A stretch of 64,000 nt of DNA from the NCBI GenBank assembly GCA_945892755.1, contig CAMDDO010000006.1:7094-71093 (forward strand), given 5' to 3'. The position numbers were made by a program, and so were the translations under genes. The notes beneath the pieces are model-generated. The model did no database searches. It was given only the letters and a program-made list of their open reading frames with translations, and was not told where the DNA came from. This DNA comes from Rhizobium sp. Q54. Lineage in GTDB: Bacteria > Pseudomonadota > Alphaproteobacteria > UBA828. Below are positions 10,149-20,021 of this stretch, one piece after another; position 1 is the first letter of the stretch, and each line of letters opens with the position of its first letter.

Positions 10149-10817
10149 TCAGCCGCCGGTCTGGCTCGCGGCTTTGCCGACCGGCTGGTCGAGCCTGGCG
10201 TGCAACTCCTCGATCAAACCGTCGAAGCCCCGCTTGTTCACGACCGAGGCGAATTCCACGCGATGCGTGTTCAGCATCGAGATCCCCTCGACGACCACGT
10301 CGATCACTTTGATCTGGCCCTCGAATGGCCGCACCCGATAATCGACCGCGATTGCCTGACCGCCATCGGGGCGCTTGATGCGGGTGCGGACCCATTCGTC
10401 GCCACCCGCATCCTTGATGGTCTCGACCAGCTCGAAGGTCTCGCCGTTATAGGCATCGAAGCGGGAGGCATAGACGCGCGTGATGAAGGCAAGGAAGATA
10501 TCGTCATAGGCCTTTTTCTGCACGTCGGTCGCCTGCTTCCAATATTTGCCGATCACGAAGCGGCTGATCGTCTTGATGTGGAAGCCCTCGACCAGCAGTT
10601 CCTTGAACTGGGCTTCGCGCTGCTCGAACGTGCTGGTCCCCTTGGTCTTGAGGATTTCGACCGCACGAGAACCGAGCGTATTGATGAAGGCGCCGGCCCC
10701 ACTGTCATCGGCGCGCGTGCCGAAACCGAGCGGTATTGTCACCAGCACGAAGGTGCCGACCAACCAAGCGGTCAACGACCGCCGCGTGAATCTTGCGATC
10801 ATGTCTGCACTGACCAT
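10149..10817 (-). CDS. mlaC: Phospholipid-binding periplasmic protein MlaC (Ttg2D family)
   Basis: MlaC-like core (…YWKQATDVQKKAYDDIFLAFITRVYASRFDAYNGETFELV…VRTRIKRPDGGQAIAVDYRVR…VIDVVVEGISML…). Signal-peptide-like N-terminus. Start ATG ending 10817 chosen among several in-frame ATGs. Confidence 0.7.
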   Translation of the reverse strand: MVSADMIARFTRRSLTAWLVGTFVLVTIPLGFGTRADDSGAGAFINTLGSRAVEILKTKGTSTFEQREAQFKELLVEGFHIKTISRFVIGKYWKQATDVQKKAYDDIFLAFITRVYASRFDAYNGETFELVETIKDAGGDEWVRTRIKRPDGGQAIAVDYRVRPFEGQIKVIDVVVEGISMLNTHRVEFASVVNKRGFDGLIEELHARLDQPVGKAASQTGG

Positions 10818-10860
10818 TCCGGTATGTGTTAAGGGCGGGTACGCCAGAGGCGCGGCGGCC

Positions 10861-11658
10861 CTATTCTTCCTCGTCGATCTCGATACTCGGGATTGGCTCG
10901 GCCTCAGGCAGCAAGCCGTTGCGAATGCTCGCATCCCGATTCTCACGATAGAGGTTGCGTAGCGCAGCGTAAAAATCAACTGAAGTCTTTTCGACGGATT
11001 CGAGCTCCTCGATATATTTCGAACGCTCGCTCACCGCGGTCGTCAGGAACCGCACATTTCTGGTACCTGAATCAAAGATATAGGTGAAAGGGTCCATAAA
11101 AATGTCGGCGACCAGTCCAACCACGTCACGCGGATTCGACGGGCCGAACACCGGCAACATCAAATAAGGCCCTTCGCCCAGGCCCCAGACCGCGAGGGTC
11201 TGACCGAAGTCTTCTTTGTGCTTCTCGAGCCCCACGCCTTCGGCCGCCACATCGAACATCCCGAAAAAGCCGAGCGTCGAGTTCAGCGCGAAGCGCGCCA
11301 GCGAGATGCCGGCCCGCTCGAATTCGCCCTGCAGCAGGTCATTGGCGAAGGTGACCGGCTCACCCAGATTATCCAACGCGTTGCTGATCCGCTCGCGCCC
11401 GAACTCTGGCACGATGCCGCGGTACATGATCGCGACCGGCTTGAGCAGAACCTCGTCGAACGTGCGGTTGATTTCGAAGACGACCCGGTTGACGCCCTCG
11501 ATCGGGTCGTTGATTTCAGCGGCTTCCGCCGCCTCTTCAGGCGTTTGCTCCTTGGTCGAGGCGCAAGCCGAGAGCGTGCCGATCACCGCGACGACCAAAA
11601 CGGCGCGCCAGCCTGCCTTCAACCCGTTCCGCAGCCGCCAAGTTTCTCCGACCCTCAC
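10861..11658 (-). CDS. mlaA: MlaA/VacJ family outer-membrane lipoprotein
   Basis: VacJ-like body (…NDPIEGVNRVVFEINRTFDEVLLKPV…FGMFDVAAEGVGL…). Lipoprotein signal RLRNGLKAGWRAVLVVAVIGTLSAC (lipobox LSAC). GTG start at 11658 with GGGGAG 7 nt upstream. TTG at 11622 is an alternative. The 5' extension to 11868 in the ORF track is probably not translated. Confidence 0.65.
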   Translation of the reverse strand: MRVGETWRLRNGLKAGWRAVLVVAVIGTLSACASTKEQTPEEAAEAAEINDPIEGVNRVVFEINRTFDEVLLKPVAIMYRGIVPEFGRERISNALDNLGEPVTFANDLLQGEFERAGISLARFALNSTLGFFGMFDVAAEGVGLEKHKEDFGQTLAVWGLGEGPYLMLPVFGPSNPRDVVGLVADIFMDPFTYIFDSGTRNVRFLTTAVSERSKYIEELESVEKTSVDFYAALRNLYRENRDASIRNGLLPEAEPIPSIEIDEEE

Positions 11659-11903
11659 GCCACTACTCCCCGCGCACCTAAGACTGTGCGACATCCCCCA
11701 AAATGTGATGCTCCAGCCTGCCTTGGTATCCTTAAGAAAGGCTTTGACGGAATTGCGGCAGGTCTTGCGGCCGTCACGAACGGGCCGGTTGCATCGAAGC
11801 GTGCTTAACACAGCACCCTCGAAAGTGCCAGAAAGCGCCGTCACATAGATGGTTAACCGTTGGTGCACCAGGCCGTCTGTTGCCGGCCTGCTACAGCCTT
11901 GCC

Positions 11904-14900
11904 CTATTCCGGACGCGGCGCTTGGGGCGGCCCGTAGCCGCCGCCGCCAGGCGATTCGATAACAAAGACATCGCCTGCCGCCAATTCGGTCCGGTCATAG
12001 CCCTTGAGCGTCGTGACGCTGCCATCGACGCGCTCGACATAGGAGCGGCCCATGGCGCCCGGCTGCCCGCCCGCGACTCCGAATGGCGCGACGGTGCGGC
12101 TGTTGGACAGGATCGCCCCGGTCATGGGCTCCAGGAAACGGACGCGGCGAATCACCCCGTCGCCGCCCCTATGGGCTCCGGCGCCGCCCGAGCCCCGCCG
12201 TATCTGAAAGCGCTCGACCAGAACCGGAAAGCGCCATTCGAGCACCTCGGGGTCGGTCAGCCGCGAATTGGTCATGTGGGTTTGCACCGCGCTGGTGCCG
12301 TCATAATCGGGGCCGGCGCCCGAGCCGCCCGCCACCGTCTCGTAATACTGGTAGCGCGCATTGCCGAAGGTGAAGTTGTTCATGGTGCCTTGCGCACCGG
12401 CCATGACGCCGAGCGCGCCATAGAGCGCGTCCGTGATGCACTGCGAGGTCTCGACATTGCCGGCGACGACCGCCGCCGGATAGCGCGGGCTCAGCATCGA
12501 GCCTTCGGGGATGATCAGCTCGATCGGCTTCAAGCAGCCCTCGTTCATCGGAATGTCGTCGTCGACCAGCGTGCGGAAGACATAAAGCACCGCCGCGCGG
12601 CATACGGCGCTCGGCGCGTTGAAATTGCTTTCGAGCTGGGGCGACGTGCCGGTGAAGTCGATGCGCGCGCCGCGCCTGGCGCGATCGATCGTTACCTTGA
12701 CGCGAATGACACCGCCGCAATCCATCTTGTAAGCGAATTCGCCGTCCTTCAGCACGCCGATCACGCGCCGCACCGACTCTTCGGCGTTGTCCTGCACATG
12801 GCGCATATAGGCCTGCACGGTATCGAGGCCGAACTGCGCGACCATCGCGTGCAATTCCTGCACGCCTTTTTCGTTCGCCGCGATCTGCGCCTTGAGGTCG
12901 GCGATGTTCTGCTCGGCATTGCGCACCGGATAGCGGCCCGAGGCCAAGAGAGCGCGCATCTCCGCCTCGAGGAAACGACCGCCCGAGACCAGCTCGATAT
13001 TGTCGATCAGTACGCCCTCTTCCTCGACCGTGTGGGAATCGGGTGGCATCGAGCCCGGCGTGATGCCGCCGATATCGGCGTGATGGCCGCGCGAGGCGGT
13101 GAAGAAGAGGATCTTGCGCGCCGCCTCATCGAACACCGGCGTGATCACCGTAACGTCGGGCAAATGCGTGCCGCCATTATAGGGCGCGTTCAACACATAG
13201 ACGTCGCCCGAGCGGATCGTCGCGCCGCGATTGCGGATGATCGAACGCACCGATTCGCCCATCGAGCCCAAATGCACCGGCATGTGCGGCGCGTTGGCGA
13301 TCAGCCCGCCGCCCTCATCGAATAGCGCACAGGAGAAGTCGAGCCGCTCCTTGATGTTGACCGAGTGCGCGGTGTTCTCAAGCGTCGAGCCCATTTGTTC
13401 GGCGATCGACATGAAGAGATTGTTGAAAATCTCGAGCATGACGGGGTCGACCGCCGTGCCGATCGCGACCCGCTTCGGCCGGGGCTTGGTGCGCGTCAAG
13501 ATCAGGTCATTGCGCGGCGTCACCGTGGCGCGCCAATCGGGCTCTATCACCGTCGTCGAATTCGGCTCGATCACGATGGCCGGACCGTCGATCATGTCGC
13601 CCGGCTCAAGCGCCGCGCGGTCATGAATCGGCGCCTCGCGCCAAGCATCGCCGAAATGGGCACGGCACCGATCCATGGCCAAGGGCGGCACGCCTTCCGC
13701 GCGACGGCGCGCGACCGGCGGATCGGCCACGATTTCGGCTTCACCGACAATCTCGGCCGCGGCGGATTCGACGATCAGCACTTTGGTCCGGTCGATGAAG
13801 CCGTAGCGTTGCCGATGGGCCTCCTCAAACGCGGCCGCGACGGCGGCCTTGGTGCCGAACGGCACGAGCAACGCTGAATCGGTGCCGCGATAGCGGATTT
13901 GCACGTTGCGCTCGAGCCTGATGCGATCTGCCGCCACGCCCTCGCCAAGCAGCTGCGCCCGCCCGGCTTCGGCCAGCGTCGCGAACCCGGCCTCGAGTTC
14001 GGCGACCAACGCCTCGCTCAACTCCGCCTCGACGGCGCGTTCTTTGAGCACCCGCATATCGGCGAGACCCATGCCATAGGCCGAGAGCACGCCGGCATAG
14101 GGATGAACGAACACGCGCTCCATGCCGACCGAATCGGCGATCAAACAAGCGTGTTGGCCGCCCGCCGCGCCAAAACTACAGAGCGCGTAGGACGTCACGT
14201 CATAGCCCCGTTGCACCGAAATTTTCTTGATCGCGTTCGCCATGTTCTCGACCGCGATCTTCAAGAAACCTTCGGCGATCAATTCCGGCGCGCGGCGCTC
14301 GCCGGTCGCTTTGGCGATCTCGTCAGCGAGCACACCGAATTTTTGCCGGACGATCTCAACGTCAATCGGCTGATCGCCGGCGGGGCCGAACAGCTTGGGG
14401 AAATGCGCCGGCACGATCTTGCCGACCATGACATTGCAATCAGTCACGGTGAGCGGGCCGCCGCGCCGATAGCAGGCGGGTCCCGGATCGGCACCCGCTG
14501 AACCGGGCCCGACACGATAGCGCGCGCCATCAAAATGCAGGATCGATCCGCCGCCCGCCGCGATCGTATGAATGTGCATCATCGGCGCGCGCAGGCGCAC
14601 GCCGGCGATCTCGGTCACGTAGCGGCGTTCGAAAGCACCGGCATAGTGCGACACATCGGTCGAGGTGCCGCCCATGTCGAAACCGATTACCTTGTGGAGG
14701 CCGGCCGCCTCGCTCGCGCGTACCGCGCCAACCACGCCGCCTGCCGGGCCCGAGAGCACCGAATCCTTGCCCTTGAACGAGGCCGCATCGACCAGCCCGC
14801 CGTTCGACTGCATGAACATCAGCCGTGCCTTGCCGAGCGCGCCGGCGACCCGGTCGACATAATTTTGCAGGATCGGCGAGAGATAGGCGTCGACCACGGT

Positions 14901-15524
14901 GGTGTCGCCCCGGCTCACCATTTTCATCAGCGGGCTCACCTCATGCGAGGTCGAGACCTGGGTAAAACCGATCGCGCGCGCGAGCTTGGCGATGCGCCGC
15001 TCGTGCTCGGGGAACCGATAGCCGTGCAGGAAGACGATGGCGACCGAGCGGAAGCCGTCGCGAAACGCGGCTTCGAGCAGCGCGCGCGCGGCCGCTTCAT
15101 CGAGCGGCACGAGCTCGCAGCCATCGGCACGGTAACGCCCGCGCACCTCGACGACGCGCGAATACATCATTTCAGGCAGCACGATATTGCGGGCGAAGAT
15201 ATGCGGCCGGTTCTGATAGCCGATGCGAAGTTGATCGGCGAAGCCCTCATTGATCACCAGCACGGTCGGCTCGCCCCTGCGCTCCAAGAGCGCATTGGTG
15301 GCGACGGTCGTGCCCATTTTGACCGCCTCGATGCGCTCACCGGGAATCACGGCATCGCCCGACAAGCCCATCAGCGTGCGGATGCCGTGGAGCGGCGCGT
15401 CTGTGTAACGCTCGGGCGCCTCCGAGAGCAATTTATGGGTGCGCAATCGGCCATCGGGCGCGCGCGCGACGATGTCGGTGAACGTACCGCCGCGGTCGAT
15501 CCAGAACTGCCAGCGTCCCGCCAT
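11904..15524 (-). CDS. Hydantoinase/oxoprolinase-family protein, fused HyuA (N) + HyuB (C) domains (5-oxoprolinase-like)
   Basis: 1207 aa. N-terminal part has HyuA motifs ([20 protein letters not shown]…[11 protein letters not shown]…); C-terminal half is HyuB-like. Start ATG ending 15524. Confidence 0.8.
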   Translation of the reverse strand: MAGRWQFWIDRGGTFTDIVARAPDGRLRTHKLLSEAPERYTDAPLHGIRTLMGLSGDAVIPGERIEAVKMGTTVATNALLERRGEPTVLVINEGFADQLRIGYQNRPHIFARNIVLPEMMYSRVVEVRGRYRADGCELVPLDEAAARALLEAAFRDGFRSVAIVFLHGYRFPEHERRIAKLARAIGFTQVSTSHEVSPLMKMVSRGDTTVVDAYLSPILQNYVDRVAGALGKARLMFMQSNGGLVDAASFKGKDSVLSGPAGGVVGAVRASEAAGLHKVIGFDMGGTSTDVSHYAGAFERRYVTEIAGVRLRAPMMHIHTIAAGGGSILHFDGARYRVGPGSAGADPGPACYRRGGPLTVTDCNVMVGKIVPAHFPKLFGPAGDQPIDVEIVRQKFGVLADEIAKATGERRAPELIAEGFLKIAVENMANAIKKISVQRGYDVTSYALCSFGAAGGQHACLIADSVGMERVFVHPYAGVLSAYGMGLADMRVLKERAVEAELSEALVAELEAGFATLAEAGRAQLLGEGVAADRIRLERNVQIRYRGTDSALLVPFGTKAAVAAAFEEAHRQRYGFIDRTKVLIVESAAAEIVGEAEIVADPPVARRRAEGVPPLAMDRCRAHFGDAWREAPIHDRAALEPGDMIDGPAIVIEPNSTTVIEPDWRATVTPRNDLILTRTKPRPKRVAIGTAVDPVMLEIFNNLFMSIAEQMGSTLENTAHSVNIKERLDFSCALFDEGGGLIANAPHMPVHLGSMGESVRSIIRNRGATIRSGDVYVLNAPYNGGTHLPDVTVITPVFDEAARKILFFTASRGHHADIGGITPGSMPPDSHTVEEEGVLIDNIELVSGGRFLEAEMRALLASGRYPVRNAEQNIADLKAQIAANEKGVQELHAMVAQFGLDTVQAYMRHVQDNAEESVRRVIGVLKDGEFAYKMDCGGVIRVKVTIDRARRGARIDFTGTSPQLESNFNAPSAVCRAAVLYVFRTLVDDDIPMNEGCLKPIELIIPEGSMLSPRYPAAVVAGNVETSQCITDALYGALGVMAGAQGTMNNFTFGNARYQYYETVAGGSGAGPDYDGTSAVQTHMTNSRLTDPEVLEWRFPVLVERFQIRRGSGGAGAHRGGDGVIRRVRFLEPMTGAILSNSRTVAPFGVAGGQPGAMGRSYVERVDGSVTTLKGYDRTELAAGDVFVIESPGGGGYGPPQAPRPE

Positions 15525-15659
15525 ATCTCTTTGCCCTGCCACACCCGGCTCCCGCGTCAAGACCCCATTAACCACCGGCCCATTAGGCTCCACCGGGGGT
15601 GCCCCCGAGGTTCGCGGGCGGCCGCCCTGTTTACGGGGCGGCGAGACAGAGAGCAACAG

Positions 15660-16874
15660 ATGCTGATCAAAGGCGACGAGGTCGAGGAACAGCTGATCGA
15701 GCAGCTCGAGACCCTGCGGCGTTCAGCGATCGGGCGCACCGCCGTCCACGTTCGGCTGTCGGCCTTGGGCGATTCACCCTATTGGGCGGTCGAACGCGAG
15801 ATCGCGACCCGAATTCTGCTCGACTGGATCCGCCCGCGCGAAGCCACAGCCTATGTGCTGAATACCGGCGACTTGATTGCTCTGTGCAAAGGCGCGCGCT
15901 CGGAAGAACTGCGCAGTCTGACTCAGAAATTGGAGGAATTGTTCGACGATGCGCCGCGCGAGGACGCGGAAGCCGACGAGACCAAGGTTTGCGTCTGGTA
16001 TGATCTAAGCGCGGAACTCAATACTTTCATCACGTTCTGCGATGGCGTGCTGGTCGAGCGGCGCGCCAATCAGCTCGGCGCCGCGGAGCGCCTGGAGGAC
16101 GCCGCCCATGCCAACGCCCGACCGGTTACGCCTTCCGCCATGGCGCGGCTCGAGATCGCGCTCGGCAGTTCGGACATCGACCGCTTCGTGCGCCAGCAGG
16201 CGATCTGCCGCGTCCCCCCCGGCCGGCCCTATGTCCCGACGCAATTCGCGCGCGAGATCTATATCCGCATCAGCGCGTTGGAGCAGGTCATGCTGCCCGA
16301 CGTCAATCTACTCAGCGATTGCTGGTTGTTCATCCACCTCACGACCTTGCTCGATCAGCGCATCCTGGCGCTCTATTTGCGCGAGCCCGACAATCTGGTC
16401 CGCCAGCCGACCTCGCTGAATTTGAGGCTTTCGACCGTGCTTTCGCCGGAGTTTGGCCGCCTGGTCCGTCTCATGTCGGATTCCGAGCGACGCCGCCTGA
16501 CGGTCGAGATGGAGGCGGTCGACATGATGGCCAATTACGAGGGTTATTTGTTCGCGCGCTCTTATCTCAACGACATCGGCGTCACGCTTTGCCTAGACGG
16601 GGCGGACGAAACCAACCTGCCCGATCTGATCGAGGCCGGGCTGGCGGCGGACGCAATCAAGATCCGTTGGAATCCGGCGTCCGACGCCAAGGCGCTGGCC
16701 AAACCGTCGAGCGATTTCGCCCGCGCGGTCGCCGCGTTCGGGCCGCACCGTACCGTGCTCTGCCGTTGCAGCGACGCGCGCTCGATCGAGTTCGGCCATC
16801 GGCTCGGCCTGACCCGCTTTCAGGGCCGCTATCTCGACCAGCTATTGAGCCCGGTATCCGCCCGCGTCAATTGA
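15660..16874 (+). CDS. Hypothetical protein with divergent, probably catalytically inactive EAL-like C-terminal domain
   Basis: 404 aa. ATG at 15660 (MLIKGDEVEE…). C-terminal ~250 aa follow the EAL fold order, but catalytic motifs are replaced: EAL->YIR, DDFGTG->LDGADE, EGVE->CSDA. The terminal GxxxFQG(R)Y motif is retained. Confidence 0.55.
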   Translation: MLIKGDEVEEQLIEQLETLRRSAIGRTAVHVRLSALGDSPYWAVEREIATRILLDWIRPREATAYVLNTGDLIALCKGARSEELRSLTQKLEELFDDAPREDAEADETKVCVWYDLSAELNTFITFCDGVLVERRANQLGAAERLEDAAHANARPVTPSAMARLEIALGSSDIDRFVRQQAICRVPPGRPYVPTQFAREIYIRISALEQVMLPDVNLLSDCWLFIHLTTLLDQRILALYLREPDNLVRQPTSLNLRLSTVLSPEFGRLVRLMSDSERRRLTVEMEAVDMMANYEGYLFARSYLNDIGVTLCLDGADETNLPDLIEAGLAADAIKIRWNPASDAKALAKPSSDFARAVAAFGPHRTVLCRCSDARSIEFGHRLGLTRFQGRYLDQLLSPVSARVN

Positions 16875-16887
16875 AGCGCACGCCGCG

Positions 16888-18939
16888 CTACGCCGATTTC
16901 GCCACGCCGAGCGCCTGCTTGTGCGCGTTGACGACCTCGTCGGCGAGGCGTCCGGTGAGCTCCTGCAGATGATCGAACTTGAACTCATAGGTGCCGACGC
17001 CGAGGGTAATCGAGCGCAACTCGATGATCATGTCGTGCATCTCGGACTGCGGCATCGAGGCGCTGACTTCGTCCCAGCCATCCCAGCCCGACTTCGGTTC
17101 ATAGCCGAGCACCTGACCGCGCCGCCCGGTGACCAACCGCTGCACATTCGCGGTGAAGTTGTTCGGCACCGAAATCTTGAGCTGATAGATCGGCTCCAAC
17201 AGCACGGGGCCGCAAAGCGGCAGGCCCTCCGCCATGGCGAGGCGGCCGGCCGTCTTGAACGCCATTTCCGAGCTGTCGACCGCATGATACTTGCCGTCGA
17301 GCAGCGTGACCGCGACATCCACCACCGGAAAGCCGAGCGGGCCGTGCGGCAAAAATTCGCGGACGCCCTGCTCGACCGCCGGAACGTATTGTCTCGGCAC
17401 CGAGCCGCCGACCACGGCGTTGTGAAACTCGAAGCCGGCGCCGCGCGGCAGGGGCTTGATCTCGACCGTGACGTCACCGAACTGGCCATGCCCGCCGCTC
17501 TGCTTCTTGTGGCGGGCGTGCTGCTGGATCGGCTTCTTGATCGCCTCCTTGTAGGAGACGCGCGGCCGCGAGGTCGCAAGCGAGAGCCCGTATTTATGCT
17601 TGAGCCGGTCGAGCGAGACCTTGAGGTGCATCTCGCCCTGCCCCCATAGAACGGCCTCGTGAGTATCGGCGTTGTGGTCGAGTGCGACCGAGGGGTCCTC
17701 CTGATGCAGGCGCGACATCGCGCCCGAAACCTTGACCTCGTCCTCCCGCTTTTCGGCGCGCACGGTGAAGGCATAGACTGGCGGTAGCGCCGGTGCGCGC
17801 GGCAGCGGCTCGATCTTGGCGTCAGCCGCGCTCAACGTGTCGCCCGTCACCACCTTGTCGAGCCGGCCGATGCCGACCAGATCGCCCGCGTCGGCCGCGG
17901 CTATCTTGTTCTGCTGGACCCCGACCAGCGTATAGAGGCCGCCGACCCGCTCGCCGCCCGAGAGCGCCGCGCCATCGGCCAGATGGCCGCGCCAGACCCG
18001 CGACAGACTGACCTTGCCGCCCTGTTGCGTGATGTAGGTCTTGAGGATTTGTACGAGCGGCGCCTTGTTGGCCATGTCGATCTTCTTGCGCGCCGCGGAA
18101 TCCGCCGGGGAAGGGCCGATCTTGACGATCATTTCGAGCAGCCGGCGCACGCCCCAGTCCATCTCGGCCGAGCCCATGAAGACCGGCACGACCTCGGCCT
18201 TGGCCAGGCTGGCGCGCAGATAACCTTGGATTTCCTCCTCGCTCGGAATCTTGTCCTCAAGCAGACGCTCGAGCAACGAATCATCGTGGTCGGCCAGGTT
18301 CTCAAGCAATTGGGTACGCGCTGAATCGCGTCGCTCGGCGATGGTATCGGGCGGTGCGATTTTGTCCGACGCGGCGTGCGGCTTGTAGCCATAGGCCTGA
18401 CCGCTGATCAAATCGACATAACCGGTCGCCTTGGCGCCATCGCGGATCGCGACCTGGCAGGCGATGAAGGGAATCTTGGAAAGCGGCCTGAGCGCCTCGA
18501 CCAACTCGGCGACGCGCACGGTGGCTTCGTCGATCCGATTGGCGAAAAGCGCGTGCGGGATATTCTGCTCCTCGAGGAAATGCAAAAGGCGTGACAGCGT
18601 GAGCACGCGCTCGGTCTGCGGTTCGCACACGACGATGGCGAAATCGACGCCGATCAACGCGTTCAACGTCTCCTGCGCGAACTCGATCGAGCCCGGACAA
18701 TCCATCACGTTGATGCGCGTGCCGTTGTAAGCGAAGGTCGCCGCGTTGACCTCGACGCTCATTTGACGCTCGCGCGCCTCCTGAGACGAATCGCCAACCG
18801 TGTTGCGATCCGGCACGCGACCCTTTCGCGTCACGGTTCCGGTCACGTACAACATGCTTTCGAGAAGCGTCGTCTTGCCGCTGGTATACGGGCCTACGAG
18901 CGCGACAGTCCGTGGCCCGGAGCCTACATTGTCGCTCAT
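16888..18939 (-). CDS. Elongation factor G-like GTPase paralog (EF-G family, non-canonical G motifs)
   Basis: 684 aa from the ATG ending 18939 (GGGGGA upstream). EF-G domain order throughout. G1 is VGPYTSGKTT, G3 is DCPGSIEF (His of DTPGH replaced by Ser), G4 is NRID, G5 is GSA. Confidence 0.8.
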   Translation of the reverse strand: MSDNVGSGPRTVALVGPYTSGKTTLLESMLYVTGTVTRKGRVPDRNTVGDSSQEARERQMSVEVNAATFAYNGTRINVMDCPGSIEFAQETLNALIGVDFAIVVCEPQTERVLTLSRLLHFLEEQNIPHALFANRIDEATVRVAELVEALRPLSKIPFIACQVAIRDGAKATGYVDLISGQAYGYKPHAASDKIAPPDTIAERRDSARTQLLENLADHDDSLLERLLEDKIPSEEEIQGYLRASLAKAEVVPVFMGSAEMDWGVRRLLEMIVKIGPSPADSAARKKIDMANKAPLVQILKTYITQQGGKVSLSRVWRGHLADGAALSGGERVGGLYTLVGVQQNKIAAADAGDLVGIGRLDKVVTGDTLSAADAKIEPLPRAPALPPVYAFTVRAEKREDEVKVSGAMSRLHQEDPSVALDHNADTHEAVLWGQGEMHLKVSLDRLKHKYGLSLATSRPRVSYKEAIKKPIQQHARHKKQSGGHGQFGDVTVEIKPLPRGAGFEFHNAVVGGSVPRQYVPAVEQGVREFLPHGPLGFPVVDVAVTLLDGKYHAVDSSEMAFKTAGRLAMAEGLPLCGPVLLEPIYQLKISVPNNFTANVQRLVTGRRGQVLGYEPKSGWDGWDEVSASMPQSEMHDMIIELRSITLGVGTYEFKFDHLQELTGRLADEVVNAHKQALGVAKSA

Positions 18940-19101
18940 GATATCCCCCGCCATTGAAGCCGGGTTGGCCGGTCGTTGTTCTTCGTTCAATGGATCGAAC
19001 CAGCCGGGTCGTGCAATTGCAACAACCAATTGCGAGGCAAGGCGCAGAGTCTTAACGTCGCGCCGGCCAAGTCAGCGGATCGACGCGGGCAGGAGAGCGC
19101 A

Positions 19102-19854
19102 TTGAGCATTTTCGGCAAGCTGATCGGCGGCGCCGCCGGTTTCATGCTGGGCGGGCCGATCGGCCTGATGGTCGGCGTGCTGGCCGGCCATCTGGTCGAG
19201 CACGCGGCGCGGCGCGCCTTCTTCACCGGAGAGACGCCGCCGGCGCCGCAAACCATCGACGCCCGCCGGGCGGCCTTCGCCGTCGCGCTGATCGTGCTCG
19301 CCGCCAAGATGGCCAAGGCCGATGGCGTCGTGACACGCGACGAAGTTCTCGCCTTCCGGCGCGTCTTTCGTATCCCACCCGAGGAGGAATCCGAGGTCGG
19401 CCGCATCTTCAACGCCGCGCGCCAGGAGGCTGAAGGCTTCGAGCCTTATGCCCGGCAGATCGCCGGCATGTTCCGCTCCACCCCGGCGGTTCTCGAAGAG
19501 CTTCTGCTCGCGCTCGCCGCGATCGCGCGCGCCGACGGCACCATTCATAACGACGAACGCCGCTATCTCGACGAGGTTGCCCGCCTGTTCGGCTTCGGCC
19601 CTGAAATTGTCGCGCGAATCCTTGCCGTGGTCGCGCCCGAAACCGGCCCCGATCCCTATGAGGTGCTCGGCGTCAAGCCCGAGGCGAGCGAAACCGAAAT
19701 CAAAGCCGCCTATCGCGCGTTGATGCGCGAGCATCACCCCGACAAGCTGATCGCCCAAGGCATGCCGGCCGAAATGATCGAGCTTGCCACCAAAGAGACC
19801 CAGACCATCAACGCGGCTTACGACCAGATCGCGCGCAAACGCGGCTTCAAATGA
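19102..19854 (+). CDS. djlA: Co-chaperone DjlA-like protein (N-terminal TM segment, TerB-like domain, C-terminal J domain)
   Basis: TTG start at 19102 with AGGAGAG upstream gives MSIFGKLIGGAAGFMLGG…, matching the DjlA N-terminus pattern. C-terminal J domain has DPYEVLGV…AYRALMREHHPDK (HPD motif). Confidence 0.7.
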   Translation: MSIFGKLIGGAAGFMLGGPIGLMVGVLAGHLVEHAARRAFFTGETPPAPQTIDARRAAFAVALIVLAAKMAKADGVVTRDEVLAFRRVFRIPPEEESEVGRIFNAARQEAEGFEPYARQIAGMFRSTPAVLEELLLALAAIARADGTIHNDERRYLDEVARLFGFGPEIVARILAVVAPETGPDPYEVLGVKPEASETEIKAAYRALMREHHPDKLIAQGMPAEMIELATKETQTINAAYDQIARKRGFK

Positions 19855-20021
19855 AGCTTTCGTACGGCCGCTCGGTCGAGAATGCGCCGGCTGGCTCCTT
19901 CGTTGTCAACCTTGCCGGGCTTGATCCGGCAATCCAGGGGCGGCAACACCGCAGTTTCTTTCGGAAGCTGGATGGCCGGCTCAAGGCCGGCCATGACGAC
20001 TGAAGGAAGGCCGGTCCAGCC

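Noticed and set aside
11870-11895. 7-bp hairpin CAGGCCG…CGGCCTG just downstream of the hydantoinase stop as its terminator
   Set aside because: Short stem with no U-tract on the minus strand, too weak to call.
14535-15656. N-terminal ~375 codons of the 779-aa plus-strand ORF 14535-16874
   Set aside because: This part is antisense to the well-supported hydantoinase/oxoprolinase gene and has no recognisable motifs. Only the portion from the ATG at 15660 (EAL-like protein) is treated as coding.
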